Source: an uncultured Verrucomicrobiae bacterium (GTDB lineage: Bacteria > Verrucomicrobiota > Verrucomicrobiia > Palsa-1439). Taken from it: 64,000 nt of DNA. Below the pieces are notes generated by a model that saw nothing but the letters and a program-made list of their open reading frames with translations, was not told the origin of the DNA and made no database searches. How positions within the stretch are numbered: position 1 is the stretch's first letter; each line of letters begins with the position of its first letter. Position numbers and translations under genes: made by a program. Shown here piece after piece: positions 51,392 through 64,000 of this stretch. The stretch lies in the NCBI GenBank assembly GCA_963812605.1, contig CAWEWF010000001.1, forward strand, positions 224,001 through 288,000. The letters run 5' to 3'.

Positions 51392-53919
51392 TGCTCGGAG
51401 AGTTTCTTGAAATATTTCTCGATCCGGCCGCGGTAGGCCGGCGGCAGATGGGAGGGATCAATATAAGTGACCGCTGGTTCTTTGGGTTTATCACCCCGCG
51501 CGTCCTCAACCTCGACGGAAAAATCGCGGATTTCGTCCATCAGCTTTTTGATTGCCGGCCCATCGAGTTTGACGGTTTTGTCCTTCAATTCCTGTTCGAC
51601 CAGTAACAGGAGTTTGTCGGTTTGTTCGTTGTGGCCGTCGATGCCGACAATGCCGTCGTTGAGATTATTCCGGGCCTCGTCACGCAATCGGGCCTCGTCC
51701 TGGGGAGAAAGCGCATGGTTGTTGTTAAGTTGGGCGAGCAGACTGCCCAACTGGTCCAGCCCACGCTCCAGCGCATTCTCGCTGTTTTCCCGCGGCGAGC
51801 CGGTCTTGCCGGAATTCTTCACGATGGACGGCTGGCTGTCGTCGAATGCCTTGCTAACGCCGGCAAGCCCGTCCTTCGCCCTGCCCGCTGCTTGTTTGGC
51901 CGCCTCCGCGCCCTGCGCTTGCGGCAGGGCGTCGAGTTGCGAATCCAGCGCTTGCTTGCGCTGGTCCGTGAGGGAATCGCGCAACGGAGGGCCGAACGCG
52001 TCGCGTGTCGGTTGTTGTTCGGCGAAGCGTTTCAGTTGGCCCGTGGTTTCCTTGGCATCGGCAATCACTTGGTGTATTTGCTCGGGCGTGAGGGCCGAGG
52101 GATTCTGCTCGAGCCGACCGAACTGCCCGATTTGTTCGTCGAGTAATTGCTTCAACTTGTAGGCATCGGTGAGCGAACGTCCCAAAGTTTGGTCCTTCAA
52201 TGTCTGCTGTAATTTCTCCAGGTCGTCCGCGGCGGTGGCGGTGGCCTTGCGCGCGCTCCAGTCATTCTTCCGCAACGCGTCTTCCGCGCCTTTCATCACC
52301 TGTTGCGCCTCGGCCATCTCGTTGGTGGCGGCTTGGAACGGCTTGGGATGCTGCTGCTGAAACTCTTCGAGCTTCTTGCGCAATTCCTGCTGCTGATCGG
52401 CGAGCTTGGACTGATCGGCCCGGGGCGATTTCAAGACGCGCTGGGAGAGAGCCTGCTCGGATTGGAGCGTATCCTGCACAAGATCCTGCGCGGCCTTGTT
52501 TTCATTGCGAAATTCCTCGATCTGCTTGAGCTTGTCGGTTGCCCCCGCAATCGGCGTGGCTTCATCTTCCTTCGGCGGTTGGAAGGCGTCCGGGTGGTCG
52601 TTGACGAATTTCTGAAACTGCTTGCGCGTGGCCACCAGTTCGGTCAACGCCGTGCGTTCCTGCGCCTGGGCGTCGGGGAGTTGGTCCGCTTGCAGGCTGC
52701 CACCCGCCCGCTTCAACCAGGTCTCCGCCTGCGCCAGGTGATCGAGAACGTCGCCAATCGGCTCATTCTCCAACTCGCTACTGATGCGGGCGTAGACGTG
52801 ACGCGAGGCGTCGGCCAGGTCCGTCTCGGCGGACGCCAGTTTACTCTCGTCCTGCGGATCGTGCGTGGATGCCTGGCCGTAACGGTGCGTCTCGCGGATG
52901 ACGTGCTGCTGGCGATCGATCAATTCCGTCAGTTCACTGAGCAACTGGTAGGACTTGCCGCCCTCGCCGCCGGGCATCTTGAGGATGTCTTCGCGAAAGG
53001 GGCGCACCTCGAGGAAATAAACGTCCGAAGCGTAAGAACCGCTTTCTGTCGTTGCCGCTTTTGCGTAGTAGGTGAGCACATCCCAGTCGGCGAGGTGAAA
53101 TTCGTCCAAATACAGTACCGGCTGATACACCGCGTAGCGCGGCTCGGTGGGATGCGGCAACGCATGCGGTTGCTCCGCGTCGCCGTTGAGGGCGCTTCGC
53201 CATTCGACGTTGCTCAATACCTGGTCGCTGGCGACTTCAATCAGCAGCGGAACGGCATCCACTTTGGTCACGCGCAGGTCGTGTCCCGGCTCGTTGATGC
53301 GCACTTCGCCCCAGTTCTTCTTTTGCTCCGTCGTGTTTTCGGGGGGCAGGACCAGGTCCGAGTTCGTGGATTTTGCCGTTTCGACGGCCAGTTGATCGTC
53401 GGATTGCAGGCGCGACCAGGGGGCAAAGCGGTTGTAAAACTCAAGTGTCCCCACGAGCAGCAACACGAAGGCGAGGAGATGGGCCAGCGGACGCCATGGC
53501 GAGACGGGCGACCGCAACGGACCAAGCGCCAGCAGGTTCTGGGTTTGTTGCTCGATGCGTCGGGAATAAAAGCGCTGCCAGTCGTTCTCGTAGTGTTTCT
53601 GCAGGAACACGAGGGTGTTGAGCCGGTCGAGCAACTTCGGGTTCATCCGCTCCAGGGCCGCCGCCAGCCGGGGACGACCCGACGACTTTGCCGCGCGAAT
53701 CATCAAGACGATGTACCCGATGATCGCGGCGGTGATGATTGCCCAATTGGCCGCGTCCGCCCACCCGACATGGACCACCCATCCGCGCACGATCGCCGTT
53801 CCCAACAGCAAGTAGAGCAGGCAAACGATCCCGCCCAGCGTGGCCAGGTATTGTAATCTGCGTAATCGCGCCCGGCGATGCGCGGCTTGTCTCAAGCTCC
53901 TTTCGATCGCGTTTTTCAT
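51388..53919 (-). CDS. Membrane-anchored coiled-coil protein (DUF4175-like)
   Basis: True start MKNAIERS at 53919 (ATGA overlap); three TMs, a Q/E-rich coiled coil and C-terminal PPAYRGRIEKYFKKL. Confidence 0.78.
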   Translation of the reverse strand: MKNAIERSLRQAAHRRARLRRLQYLATLGGIVCLLYLLLGTAIVRGWVVHVGWADAANWAIITAAIIGYIVLMIRAAKSSGRPRLAAALERMNPKLLDRLNTLVFLQKHYENDWQRFYSRRIEQQTQNLLALGPLRSPVSPWRPLAHLLAFVLLLVGTLEFYNRFAPWSRLQSDDQLAVETAKSTNSDLVLPPENTTEQKKNWGEVRINEPGHDLRVTKVDAVPLLIEVASDQVLSNVEWRSALNGDAEQPHALPHPTEPRYAVYQPVLYLDEFHLADWDVLTYYAKAATTESGSYASDVYFLEVRPFREDILKMPGGEGGKSYQLLSELTELIDRQQHVIRETHRYGQASTHDPQDESKLASAETDLADASRHVYARISSELENEPIGDVLDHLAQAETWLKRAGGSLQADQLPDAQAQERTALTELVATRKQFQKFVNDHPDAFQPPKEDEATPIAGATDKLKQIEEFRNENKAAQDLVQDTLQSEQALSQRVLKSPRADQSKLADQQQELRKKLEEFQQQHPKPFQAATNEMAEAQQVMKGAEDALRKNDWSARKATATAADDLEKLQQTLKDQTLGRSLTDAYKLKQLLDEQIGQFGRLEQNPSALTPEQIHQVIADAKETTGQLKRFAEQQPTRDAFGPPLRDSLTDQRKQALDSQLDALPQAQGAEAAKQAAGRAKDGLAGVSKAFDDSQPSIVKNSGKTGSPRENSENALERGLDQLGSLLAQLNNNHALSPQDEARLRDEARNNLNDGIVGIDGHNEQTDKLLLLVEQELKDKTVKLDGPAIKKLMDEIRDFSVEVEDARGDKPKEPAVTYIDPSHLPPAYRGRIEKYFKKLSEQ

Positions 53920-55945
53920 TTGTTGGCCCTTCGCAACGCCAACCAGGCGGTTTCGATCGACAAGGCCAGCGCTGCTACGAGCACCGTCCACCACCACCAG
54001 GGTTGCTGCAAGATGGCCGCGAACGTTTGCTCGAATACCGGATCCACCAGTGGCCAGCGCCGCATGTTGCGCGGTGCGCGGCACCTGCCAGGCGGCCAGC
54101 GCGTCCGGAACCGCGACGTACTTCAGGATCGACTCCTTCGGCGAAGGGTTGACGCTGATCATCTTCTCCACGGTCGGATTTGCGTCGTACGTCAGCGCGT
54201 ACAAGCCCGGCACCAGCGGCGCGACAAACTGCGCCCGGTGATTGATGACCGCCGTGCGCGACAATTCGCGCGGCCCATCATGCAGCACCACGTCGCGCAC
54301 GGGGGAATCGCCGGGCAGGTTGACGAATGCAGGCGTCGCCGGGTTCGAAATTCACGGGCGTCGTGTCCTCGGCGCGCGCCTGTTGCAGGCAGAGGTCGAG
54401 GAACGGAATGAAAGTCGGGTGTATCGGCCAGTTCGTTTGGTCGCGGTCGAGTCCAAAACTGCACACGAACAGCTTGCCCTTCGTTTTCGTCCCTTGAAAC
54501 AACAGCACGTCGCCGGACTGCGAAAACGCCAGCGGAATTGCCGTGGCTGACTTCAGGCGCGCGTGCCGTCGCACGGTCACTTCGGCAAGATTCCCGAAAT
54601 CAGACGACACAAACGCGTGAAAAATGGGATTATTGGCGTAGACATACTGAAAGACGGTCGGCTCGGTCGATTCCCCCTGGACTTCGAAGTCGAGTTGGCG
54701 CAGCAGGTCCGTCAACGGCACGCTGAGACGATTCACCAGGAGCACCACACCGGAGCCGGCGTCGAGCCAGCGCATGACCAGCTTGCGCGCCTCCTCGGAC
54801 TGCAAGAAGTTCCCCTCGACGCACAGCACTTCTTCGCTCCGCTCCGCGGCGGCCTCGGCCGACAGGCGTGACGGTTCCAACAGGCGGGTGGCCCATTGCC
54901 CCTTCATGATCTCCGGCGACAACGCGAGCCGAAGGTACGGGGATCGCGCCAGGAGCGCCACGCGGCCTTCCCGCACCGGCGGGACGGCGAAGAAAGCGCG
55001 ATTATCGCCGGGCAATGCATCGGGAGCGCCTTGCACGGTCATTTCGCCCTGCAGCCACAATGTCGGGTCGGCCTCCCATTGGGCCTGCAAGACGATCGAG
55101 TCCGATGAGCCGGTCAAATCAACGGTGCGGTTGAAAATGCCCTGGCCGTTCACCGTCAGGGCGACCACCGCCTGCTTCGCATCGCCCTGATGACTCAAGG
55201 GCACCGTGCAGTTGATGAGTGATTTATCACCCAGAAAGACGCGTTGAACGTTTGGCTCGCCCAATGCGAGATTGGGCGCCGAGGTCGCCGTGACCGCCGG
55301 CAGTGTCACCTCGACATTTTGCAGGAACGGCGGCGTGGCGGTGGATTCCGACCATTGGTTTTCCTGGTTGTCGCCGAGAAGAACAATGCGCTTGCGTTCA
55401 CCCAGCGACTGGCTGAGCAGTGTGTTGGCCTGGCGGAAGGCGGCCAGGTACGAGCCGCGCTGGAAAGAAGGCGTCAGCTCGAGCAGTTTTTGTTTCACAA
55501 GCTGGCGGTCCTCGCCGAACGCCGCCAACACGCGCGGCCGCGCGGTCAGTTCGATCACCGCGATTTGGGTCTCGATTCGCGCCTGGCCAAGTTCTTTCAC
55601 AAGCCGGTCGCGGTCTTGCGCAAAGCCATTGTTGGCCTGGTGACTGAAGGTGTTGTCCAAAATATAAACCCGGCTCTCCGTGATCGCCGCGCGCGCGCCC
55701 TCGCGGCGATAGGGCCAGGCAAACGCCGCGGCCAACAGCAACAGCGCGAGCGCCCGCAGCGCCAGCAGCAGCAGGTCGCGCAACTGCAACGGGCTGCGTT
55801 TGGGGAAGGGTTGGTCGCTCAGAAAGCGGACGGCGGAAAACGGCGTGAGATTCTGCTGCTGTTTGCGACGCAGGTGCAACCACACCGGCGCGCCGATGGC
55901 CAGCGCTCCCAGCCAGAGCAGGGGATGAAGAAACGACAGGTTCAT
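53916..55945 (-). CDS. BatA N-terminal double-TM / VWA domain protein; two frameshifts (~54325, ~54040)
   Basis: MNLSFLHP...PVWLHL...LLLLALRAL...AWP; LDNTFS; joined frames end QPWWWWTVLVAALALSIETAWLALRRANK*. Confidence 0.82.
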
Positions 55946-56872
55946 TTCAGCCGCTTCCTCTCCGCGAGAAACAGCGCCAGCGCCGGCCAGGGACTTTCGT
56001 CCGTGCGTACGATGCCGTGCGGCATCTCCAGGTTGCGGAACAATTCCCGGTGCCCTGTCATGAACTCGCCGAATCGGGCGAGGTACCGCTCGCGTGCAGC
56101 ACCGGGGACGACCAGGCGCCGTTCGCCGCTTTCGAGGTCCTCGAACACGCGGTCGGTGTCGAATGGAAACTCGATTTCATCGCGGTCCAGCACTTGAAAC
56201 ACGACGACTTCGTGGCCATGGAAACGGAGTTGCTTGAGGCCCAGCGCCACTTCCTCGGACGGTTCCAACAAATCGGAAAAGAAAAAAATCACGCTGCGTC
56301 GATGGACGAGCCGCGCGGTGTCGGCCAGGAGTTTTCCGAGACAGGCGCCGCCCGCCGGCCGCAAGCCGTCGAGACGGCGGAGCATCAACCCGAACTGGGT
56401 CGGTTGTTGCGAGGGGCGGATGAACTGCGTTGTTTCCTTGACGCCATCCAGGGCCACCAGACCAGCCGCGTCATTTTGCTTCAACAAAAACCACGTCATG
56501 GCCGCCCCGAGGATCCGCGCGCAATCGAGCTTCGAGCCCCAGGCCCGATCCCCGCGATACGACATGGAGGCGCTGGTATCGCAGACGATGTAGAAGCGGA
56601 CATTGGTTTCCTGCATGTACCGCTTGATGCAGAGGCGGTCGTTCCGCGCATACAACCGCCAATCCACATGCCGCAGATTGTCGCCCGGTTGATAGTCGCG
56701 GTAATCGCTGAATTCGACGCTGAACCCGTGAAACGGGCTTTCATGCAGGCCGCTGAGGAACCCCTCCATGACGTAGCGCGCTTTGAAGTCCAGTCCTTGC
56801 AGCGTAGCCAGCACTTGCGGATCAAAACCCGCCAGCGAGGGTGTCGCACTGGACGAAGCAATCATGGCACGG

Positions 56873-56898
<26 letters not shown>
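55942..56898 (-). CDS. DUF58 family protein
   Basis: SGLHESPFHGFSVEFSDYRDYQPGD..RHVDW; DTSASM; FSDL. The start may be 56865. Confidence 0.92.
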
Positions 56899-57901
<1,003 letters not shown>

Positions 57902-57915
57902 AATTTATCTCCTCA

Positions 57916-60580
57916 TCATCTCTCAAAACTGGGCGACTCTGCAAGGGTGGTGAATAGCGCGCGCAACTGGTTTTGCAAGAGCGCCGTGTCAGCCAGCGAA
58001 AACTCGCCGCTGTCCAACTCCGTCTCCAACCGCGCGATGAGTGTGGAGCTATCCGCTTTCTCCCATCGCACCTTCCAGCGCAGGGGCGGCAGAGCGTTCT
58101 CACGCGGCGATGGCAACCGAATCACCTGCGCCGTGGATGGCAGCGTGAATTTCACCGTCTGCTCCATCTTCATCGGATACGCGTGATTCAACACCAGCGG
58201 TGTGTGGCGCTGGTGCAGGGCCAGGTCCCATTCGCGGGGCAGCCAGAACGGCGCGGCCATACTTGCGGTCCAAGTGCCTTCCGCCTGCCATGAGAAATTC
58301 GTCTGTAACTCGGAGATCGGCGTGAAACTTTGTCGGGTCATCGCGAATGCGCCAGCGGCCGGTCGGAACCTGACCGCCAACAGCGGCATCGTGCTTCGTA
58401 GCTCGCCCAGTTCACGCGCTGTTGCCCGCAGATCGTAGTCGCAGAATCCAACACCCGTAACCGTGAGATGAATCGGCCAGGCGTCGCCTTCGCATTGGAC
58501 TGCAGCATCCAAAAAGAACTGATGAGCATCCGCGGTGGGCGCGGGCAGTTGCGTAAGTGCTGTCGACTGGCTGTCCACGACCAGCACACGCCGTCCCGGA
58601 TCGCCCGGAGGCAGCAGGCCGAACGGGCACGTGTCGTCCGTCGTGTCCACCCAGAAGGTTTCATTGGTAAGCGAGACGCGCGAAATGGCGTGATTGAACG
58701 CCAGGCCGGGCAGCGCATCGTACGCTTGCATGAATCGCGGCACGAGCACCAGATTGGCGTCGATGCCTTGCGAACGCAGCAACGTGTTGAACAAATTGGC
58801 CTTGTCCTTGCAGTCGCCGAATTGATTGCGGAGCACGTTGGCGGCCGCGTGCGGACGATGCGAATTGACGCCGAGCGGGATGGCAATATAACGGAGGTTG
58901 GTCACAAACTCATAGATTGCCTGGACCTTGTCGCGGTCTGTTTTTGAATCTCGCGTAAGTTCCGCGGCTTTCGCGGCAATCTCGGGAGTCACCTCATCCG
59001 CCAGGCGAACAATCCGCGAGTACCATTCCGAAAAGGCGGCCCAATCCGGGAAGGTCGAAACCATCAAGAACGGCCCGCCTTCGGGAGCCGTCAAGACTTC
59101 CCGCACATGCGCAGGAATATCCTGCAAATGCCAGCCGTAGCTGGTCCCATACGTGGTTTGATTGATCTCGGGATCGCGAGCCGTCGCCTGCTCGAACCCG
59201 AAGTGAAAGGCCGAATCGCGCGGCAGCGTCACTTGCACGGACAAATCCCGGATGGGAATGGGCGCCGCCAGCGGAATGGTCAGCGTGACATGCGGCAGGG
59301 GATAGGTGCGCCACTCGGATTGGTAATGCACACGCAACACGGCTCCGGTCGTGACGGCTGGCAGCGAAAAAAACTTGCGCCTTGGCCCGTGGTAATCACC
59401 CACCGATTCATCCTCCGTCTCGCGGATTTCATCGGGATCGAGACGCAGGAGTTTTCCGTCCGGCTGCAAGACTTCGCAGTCGAGAAACGTGACGTCCTCT
59501 TGCGGTGGCCAGTAGGCCACGTCGAAATCGCCGTGCCGTTTGCCTTCGGGCGTGAGAATCTGGATGAACTCTTCCTGTTCGGACTTGATGGCCGGGCTGT
59601 CGCCAAGGGTGTACTGGATACGAGAGGTCAAAATAACCGCGTCGCTGTCAGGGAATTGATCGGGGCTGACCCGCTGAATTTGCTTCCAGGCCGAGGACGG
59701 CGCCGGCAATGGATGCGGCTGCGCGGGCAGCGAGGCCAGCGAGTCCGCCGTCTCGGTTCCTGCCAGGAGAAGCGGCGCATTGGTTCCCGCCCACAGAGTT
59801 GGCTCTTCGGTCCGCGCCAGGTGGCGATCTTCGTACCAGGCGGACGTGGCCTGCCCCAATTCCTGGCCAAATTCTTCAAACGCAAACGCCGGATTGGCGC
59901 GCAGAATTTTCAGCGCCAGCGGCATGGCCATTGGATCGTTGGAAAACATCGTCTCACTTTCGGAGGAGATGATGCTGCGGTTGTTACCCGCCAACTCGTG
60001 GGCGAACGCGCCGCTTCCGCGGAAAAACAAGAGCCATTGTGACGGGGCGTGGGGCATTTGGGCGGCAAACTCGCGGCAATCCGCGGCCGTTAGACGCGGT
60101 CCGCGCAGATGAAAACACCGGTGTTTCTCCCTGCTGACCGCCGTGCCCCCACATGATCACCAACAGCGGGTCCGTCAATCCCGAAAGATTTTTCCCCAGC
60201 GTCAGGAACTGTTTCCGTGTTGCCGTCATCATATTCGTCGAGAGAGGCGACGCTCCGCCCAACGCTTCGGCATTGTCCGCCAATATGAAAACCTGCCGTG
60301 GGGGCATTTGATTGGTCAACAAATCGAGCAACTCCGTCAACTGGACGCGATAATCCGTTTCGTTCGCCACGTCGCCGGCCAACCCGACGACGATGACGAC
60401 AGTCGCCCGGGAGGGAATGAATGTCGTTGGGTAAGCGGCAACCGAACCGGGCAATACCAGCCGCGCGACAATCCAGCCGAGCACCAGTCCCTTTCGCAAA
60501 CCCGGCGTACAAACGCTGGCCAGGGAGTCGAAAGAATCGAGGCGGCGACTGGAATTAGACCGATGACCTGCTGCCTCCAT
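57916..60580 (-). CDS. Secreted protein: caspase-fold-like N-domain plus DUF3857 and transglutaminase; frameshift near 60110
   Basis: VVIVVGLAGD...VIMWGHGG in the upstream frame; GDCKDKA, FNHAI and WVDTT triad in 57916-60057. Start codon uncertain. Confidence 0.8.
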
Positions 60581-60666
60581 AGGGTGCGAAAAAACCGGGC
60601 AAGCCAGTGGACCCTTTCGAACGAATTGTATCACAGCCGACCGCTGGCACAAGCAAGTTCAGGGCG

Positions 60667-62226
60667 CTAGCGGGCCTCGGCAAGATCGATGTCATGTTGG
60701 ATGCGTCGCAGGACTTCGTCGTTGATGACCCGTTCATTGCGCAATTGCAGAATCACGCGCCGCTCCACGTCCAGCGCTTCCTGCAGCAAACGCCGGTACT
60801 CTGACCGGCCTCTTCTTCCACCGACATCGCTTGCCTCGCCGACTTCCAGTTGTCGCAGGCGGTCCTCATATTCAACGCGCAGATGCTCCGCAGCTTTCGG
60901 ATCGACAAGGCCCCGCGATTCGTCGAGATGGGCCAATGCGGCCTGGTTGGCCTTGATTCGCGCCATGCGTTCTTCCTTGTCGGTGACGCCATCGTCCACC
61001 ACTTTTAAGAGGCGGATGAACGACGGCAGGCTCAGCCCCTGCACGACCAGCGTGGCAAAGATGACGGTGAAGGTGAGAAAGAGGATCAGGTTGCGCCCCG
61101 GAAACGGCGAGCCGTCCCGCACCATGAGTGGCACCGCCATCGCCGCCGCGAGGGAGTCAACGCCCCGCATGCCGGTCCAGGCGACGACGGCGACATTGCG
61201 CCAGCCGGGGTAGGGGTCACGGGCGCGGAGTTTACGGCTCGCCCACCGTGGCACGTAAGCCGCGACAAACACCCAGACGATGCGCACGACAATCACGGCG
61301 GCGCTCAGGCGAAGCGCGAGCGAGCACAATTCGCGGAAGGAATAGCGACCCAACCCACCCGTCACTTCTGGCAACTGCAACCCGATGAGGACGAAGATGA
61401 TTCCGTTCAGCAGGAAGACCACCATTTCCCAGACGGGGTAGGCTTGAAGACGGACGCGGGAACTGCTGATTTCCGGTGAACGCCACCCCAGATACAATCC
61501 GGCAACCACCACGGCCAAAACGCCGGAGACGCCGATCTTTTCCGCCAGCAGATACGCCGCGAACGGTGTCAGGAGAGAGATCGTCGTCTGTACCGGTGGA
61601 TCATCGAGGCGACGATGGATCCAGGCGGTGATGGATCCGACCAGCAGCCCGATGAATGTTCCACCGATGACGACCACGATGAAGCGAATGCCGGCTTGAA
61701 ACATCGAAAACGTTCCGGTCACGACTGCGGCGACCGCAAAGCGATAGCAGACAAAAGCCGTGGCATCGTTGACCAGGCTCTCGCCCTCCAGGATGGTGAC
61801 CACGCGTCGCGGGACGCGAAGCCGCTCGGCAATGGCCGTTGCGGCGACGGCATCCGGCGGGGAAACGATCGCGCCCAGGACAAAGGTCGCGGCCAACGGC
61901 AGGCCGGTCCAGTAATGCACCAGCAAGCCGATCACCACTGTCGTAAAAAGCACCAGGCCGATGGCCAACAGGGAAATGGTGCGGATATTCTTTCGGAAGT
62001 CCCGCCAGGAGGTGAACAAGGCCGCCGGGAACAAAAGCGGCGGCAGAAACAACACAAACACCAAATCCGGATTCAGCCGAATCCTCGGCAATTCCGGCAA
62101 CAGCCCGAGGAACAACCCGCCCACCACCAGAAGAATCGGGTAGGGCACCTGGATTTTTCTCGCCAGAAGCGCCAGGACCGCTACCAACATGAGCAATCCC
62201 AAAATGAGTTCGACGACCGCGACCAT
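60667..62226 (-). CDS. Na+/H+ antiporter, CPA1 (NhaP/YjcE-type)
   Basis: LPPLLF, SPPDAVA, ILEGESLVNDA, SGVLAVV and GMRG; about 12 TMs. Confidence 0.94.
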   Translation of the reverse strand: MVAVVELILGLLMLVAVLALLARKIQVPYPILLVVGGLFLGLLPELPRIRLNPDLVFVLFLPPLLFPAALFTSWRDFRKNIRTISLLAIGLVLFTTVVIGLLVHYWTGLPLAATFVLGAIVSPPDAVAATAIAERLRVPRRVVTILEGESLVNDATAFVCYRFAVAAVVTGTFSMFQAGIRFIVVVIGGTFIGLLVGSITAWIHRRLDDPPVQTTISLLTPFAAYLLAEKIGVSGVLAVVVAGLYLGWRSPEISSSRVRLQAYPVWEMVVFLLNGIIFVLIGLQLPEVTGGLGRYSFRELCSLALRLSAAVIVVRIVWVFVAAYVPRWASRKLRARDPYPGWRNVAVVAWTGMRGVDSLAAAMAVPLMVRDGSPFPGRNLILFLTFTVIFATLVVQGLSLPSFIRLLKVVDDGVTDKEERMARIKANQAALAHLDESRGLVDPKAAEHLRVEYEDRLRQLEVGEASDVGGRRGRSEYRRLLQEALDVERRVILQLRNERVINDEVLRRIQHDIDLAEAR

Positions 62227-62329
62227 GCAACCATCTCAGCATTATTGTCAGCGCGGGTCAACTTTCCCGTCGAATTCCCATTTGATAATCAGCCACATTC
62301 CGCTACGGTCAGGCGTAACCGCGAATCGT

Positions 62330-64000
62330 ATGAGTGAAACTTCACCACCGGCCATCACCAAAGAATTGCTGCGGGAACTCGGGGATTGGCGCGTTGACAA
62401 GGAAGGCCGGCAACTCGCCGAGTCCGGTCGCGTGGCCGATCTCCAGTACAATCCACCCATTCTTTCCGGTCAGGTGTGCACCGCCGGCGGCGCCACTGTT
62501 ACTGCCCGACTCAAGGTCGGCAAAGGCCCGCTCGACACCGAGAACCAATGCAGTTGCCGCCAGGCGCGCGTGGAGGGGATTATTTGCGCGCACATCGTGG
62601 CGCTGGTGTACGCGTGGCTTAATAAAGACGCGGCGCGCCCAGCAGTTCTCCCGAAGTCGGTTGAGTCACCGCCGTCGTTTCCTCGCGTGACCGGCATTCC
62701 GACGCTGGAATTGGCCGTGTTAGTACCCGCGAATTTCAGCCAGGCGTGGCGTAGCGGCGCGCTGCAGGTCATTCTCGAAGCCAGCATCAACGGCGGCCCG
62801 CTCCGTCCATTCCACACGATTCCGTCACAACCGGCCACGCCGTACGTCGTCAGCGAGGAGGATGAGAAACTGCTCGGCGCGATCGAGCGGCTCAATGCGG
62901 GTCAGGTACCGGCGATTTGGCGACTGAAGGATTTCGAACGTTTTTTTCACGGCGCTGGCCGGTCATCCGCGCGTGATGCTGGGCAAGAAAAGCGTGCTTG
63001 CCGTACGAACCGCCGCAGAACGACCGAAGGTCTTTCTCGATCTCCAACCCAACGGCGAACTGCAACTGCGCGCCGCAGCGGTTCCCAGCGGTTCCGGTGA
63101 AATGCTGGGGGCGTGGAGAGTTTGATGGGACGAACCTGGAGCGCGTGGGTCCTGGCGTGGCCAACAGAATAATTGCTCGCGCGGAGGTGCCGCGGTTTTA
63201 CGAGCAGGAATTGCCGACATTGGAACAACAGGCGGATGTGGTCGGCAACGCGGTCTTCGAGCAACTGGAATTCTCGGTGGCGACCCCGCGCATCCGCGCC
63301 ACGGTGGACGGCACATTGACTGCCGTGAGCGTAAAATTGGAGGCGGTATATCCGGGTCGCACATTCCCGCTAACCGATACGCCGCTGCGCGACTGGCTGC
63401 CAGACCCGAACAACTCGCTACGATATTGGACGCGCGATGTGGCGGCGGAGCGCGCCGCGCAGCAGGCTGTCGTTACGGCGGGCTTTACAGACGCGTTGCG
63501 GTCCGAGCCGTCGGTGGGATTCTTCCTCGCCAATGTCCTCCCGCGTTGGCGCGATCAGTGGGAAGTGGTCGTCGGTGACCGCCTGCAGGCGCTTCTTGCC
63601 AGATGCGAAGTCATTGCTCCCGAAGTCACGATTCGCTCCGCTGGCAACGACTGGCTGGCGGTAGACATGGCTTTCAAGAATGAACGCGGGGAATCTCCAT
63701 TGACGCCGGTCGAGGTGCGGCAACTTTTGCAGAAGGGGCGTGGCGCATCAACGGCTCGCGAATGGCCGCATCGCGCTCGTGAACACGGAAGCCATGCGGG
63801 AGTTTCAGGAAGTAGTTTTCGATTGCGAAGCGCAGCAGACCGGCGACGGGACTGCAAATTCCCACGGCGTTTCGGCGCGTACTTGAAAGAGGCTGCCCGG
63901 GAAAACAAATGGCAACCGCCAACGGCGCTCACGCCACCGCCAGACCTGGCTTTGCCCGGCAACCTCGCCAACCAGTTGCGTCCGTACCAACGCACCGGCG
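62330..64000 (+). CDS. SWIM zinc finger / SNF2-family helicase, partial, with several frameshifts
   Basis: CSC...ICAH SWIM motif; GNDWLAVD; ends at LPGNLANQLRPYQRTG, the entry into the SNF2 ATPase domain. Confidence 0.8.

Noticed and set aside
51388-54300. 970-aa ORF as a single protein
   Set aside because: Its first ~127 aa are a frameshifted part of the BatA gene; the real start is ATG 53919, overlapping the BatA stop.

Overview
GC-rich bacterial chromosome segment. A PVC-superphylum, most likely Verrucomicrobiota, origin is inferred from DUF1559-type prepilin proteins, GloVer/ELWxxDGT repeat proteins, a Zn-finger Ser/Thr kinase and REP types. The window spans the probable replication origin (glnB-glnA | dnaA-dnaN-tRNA-Gln). 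Core genes include pyrD, carB, ruvABC, yebC, ptrB, two bactofilins, a MoxR/VWA/DUF58/BatA/transglutaminase operon, a CPA1 Na+/H+ antiporter and a SWIM-SNF2 helicase. Notable features: (1) carB is split into two separately initiated halves with a GH50-like glycosidase and a lipoprotein between them; (2) a darT-darG pair lies right after tRNA-Leu; (3) a ~9.2 kb integrase-free island is bounded by a 25-bp duplication of the tRNA-Gln 3' end and carries secreted/glycan genes; (4) a large secreted protein, a HEAT-repeat partner and an orphan paralog fragment resemble a polymorphic effector/immunity locus; (5) a recurrent '...FYR'-type domain occurs in unrelated secreted proteins; (6) a REP palindrome sits in frame inside pyrD. 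About a dozen single-base frameshifts, including in essential genes, are most simply explained as long-read consensus errors. All calls come from reading the sequence and motifs; no database search was run.
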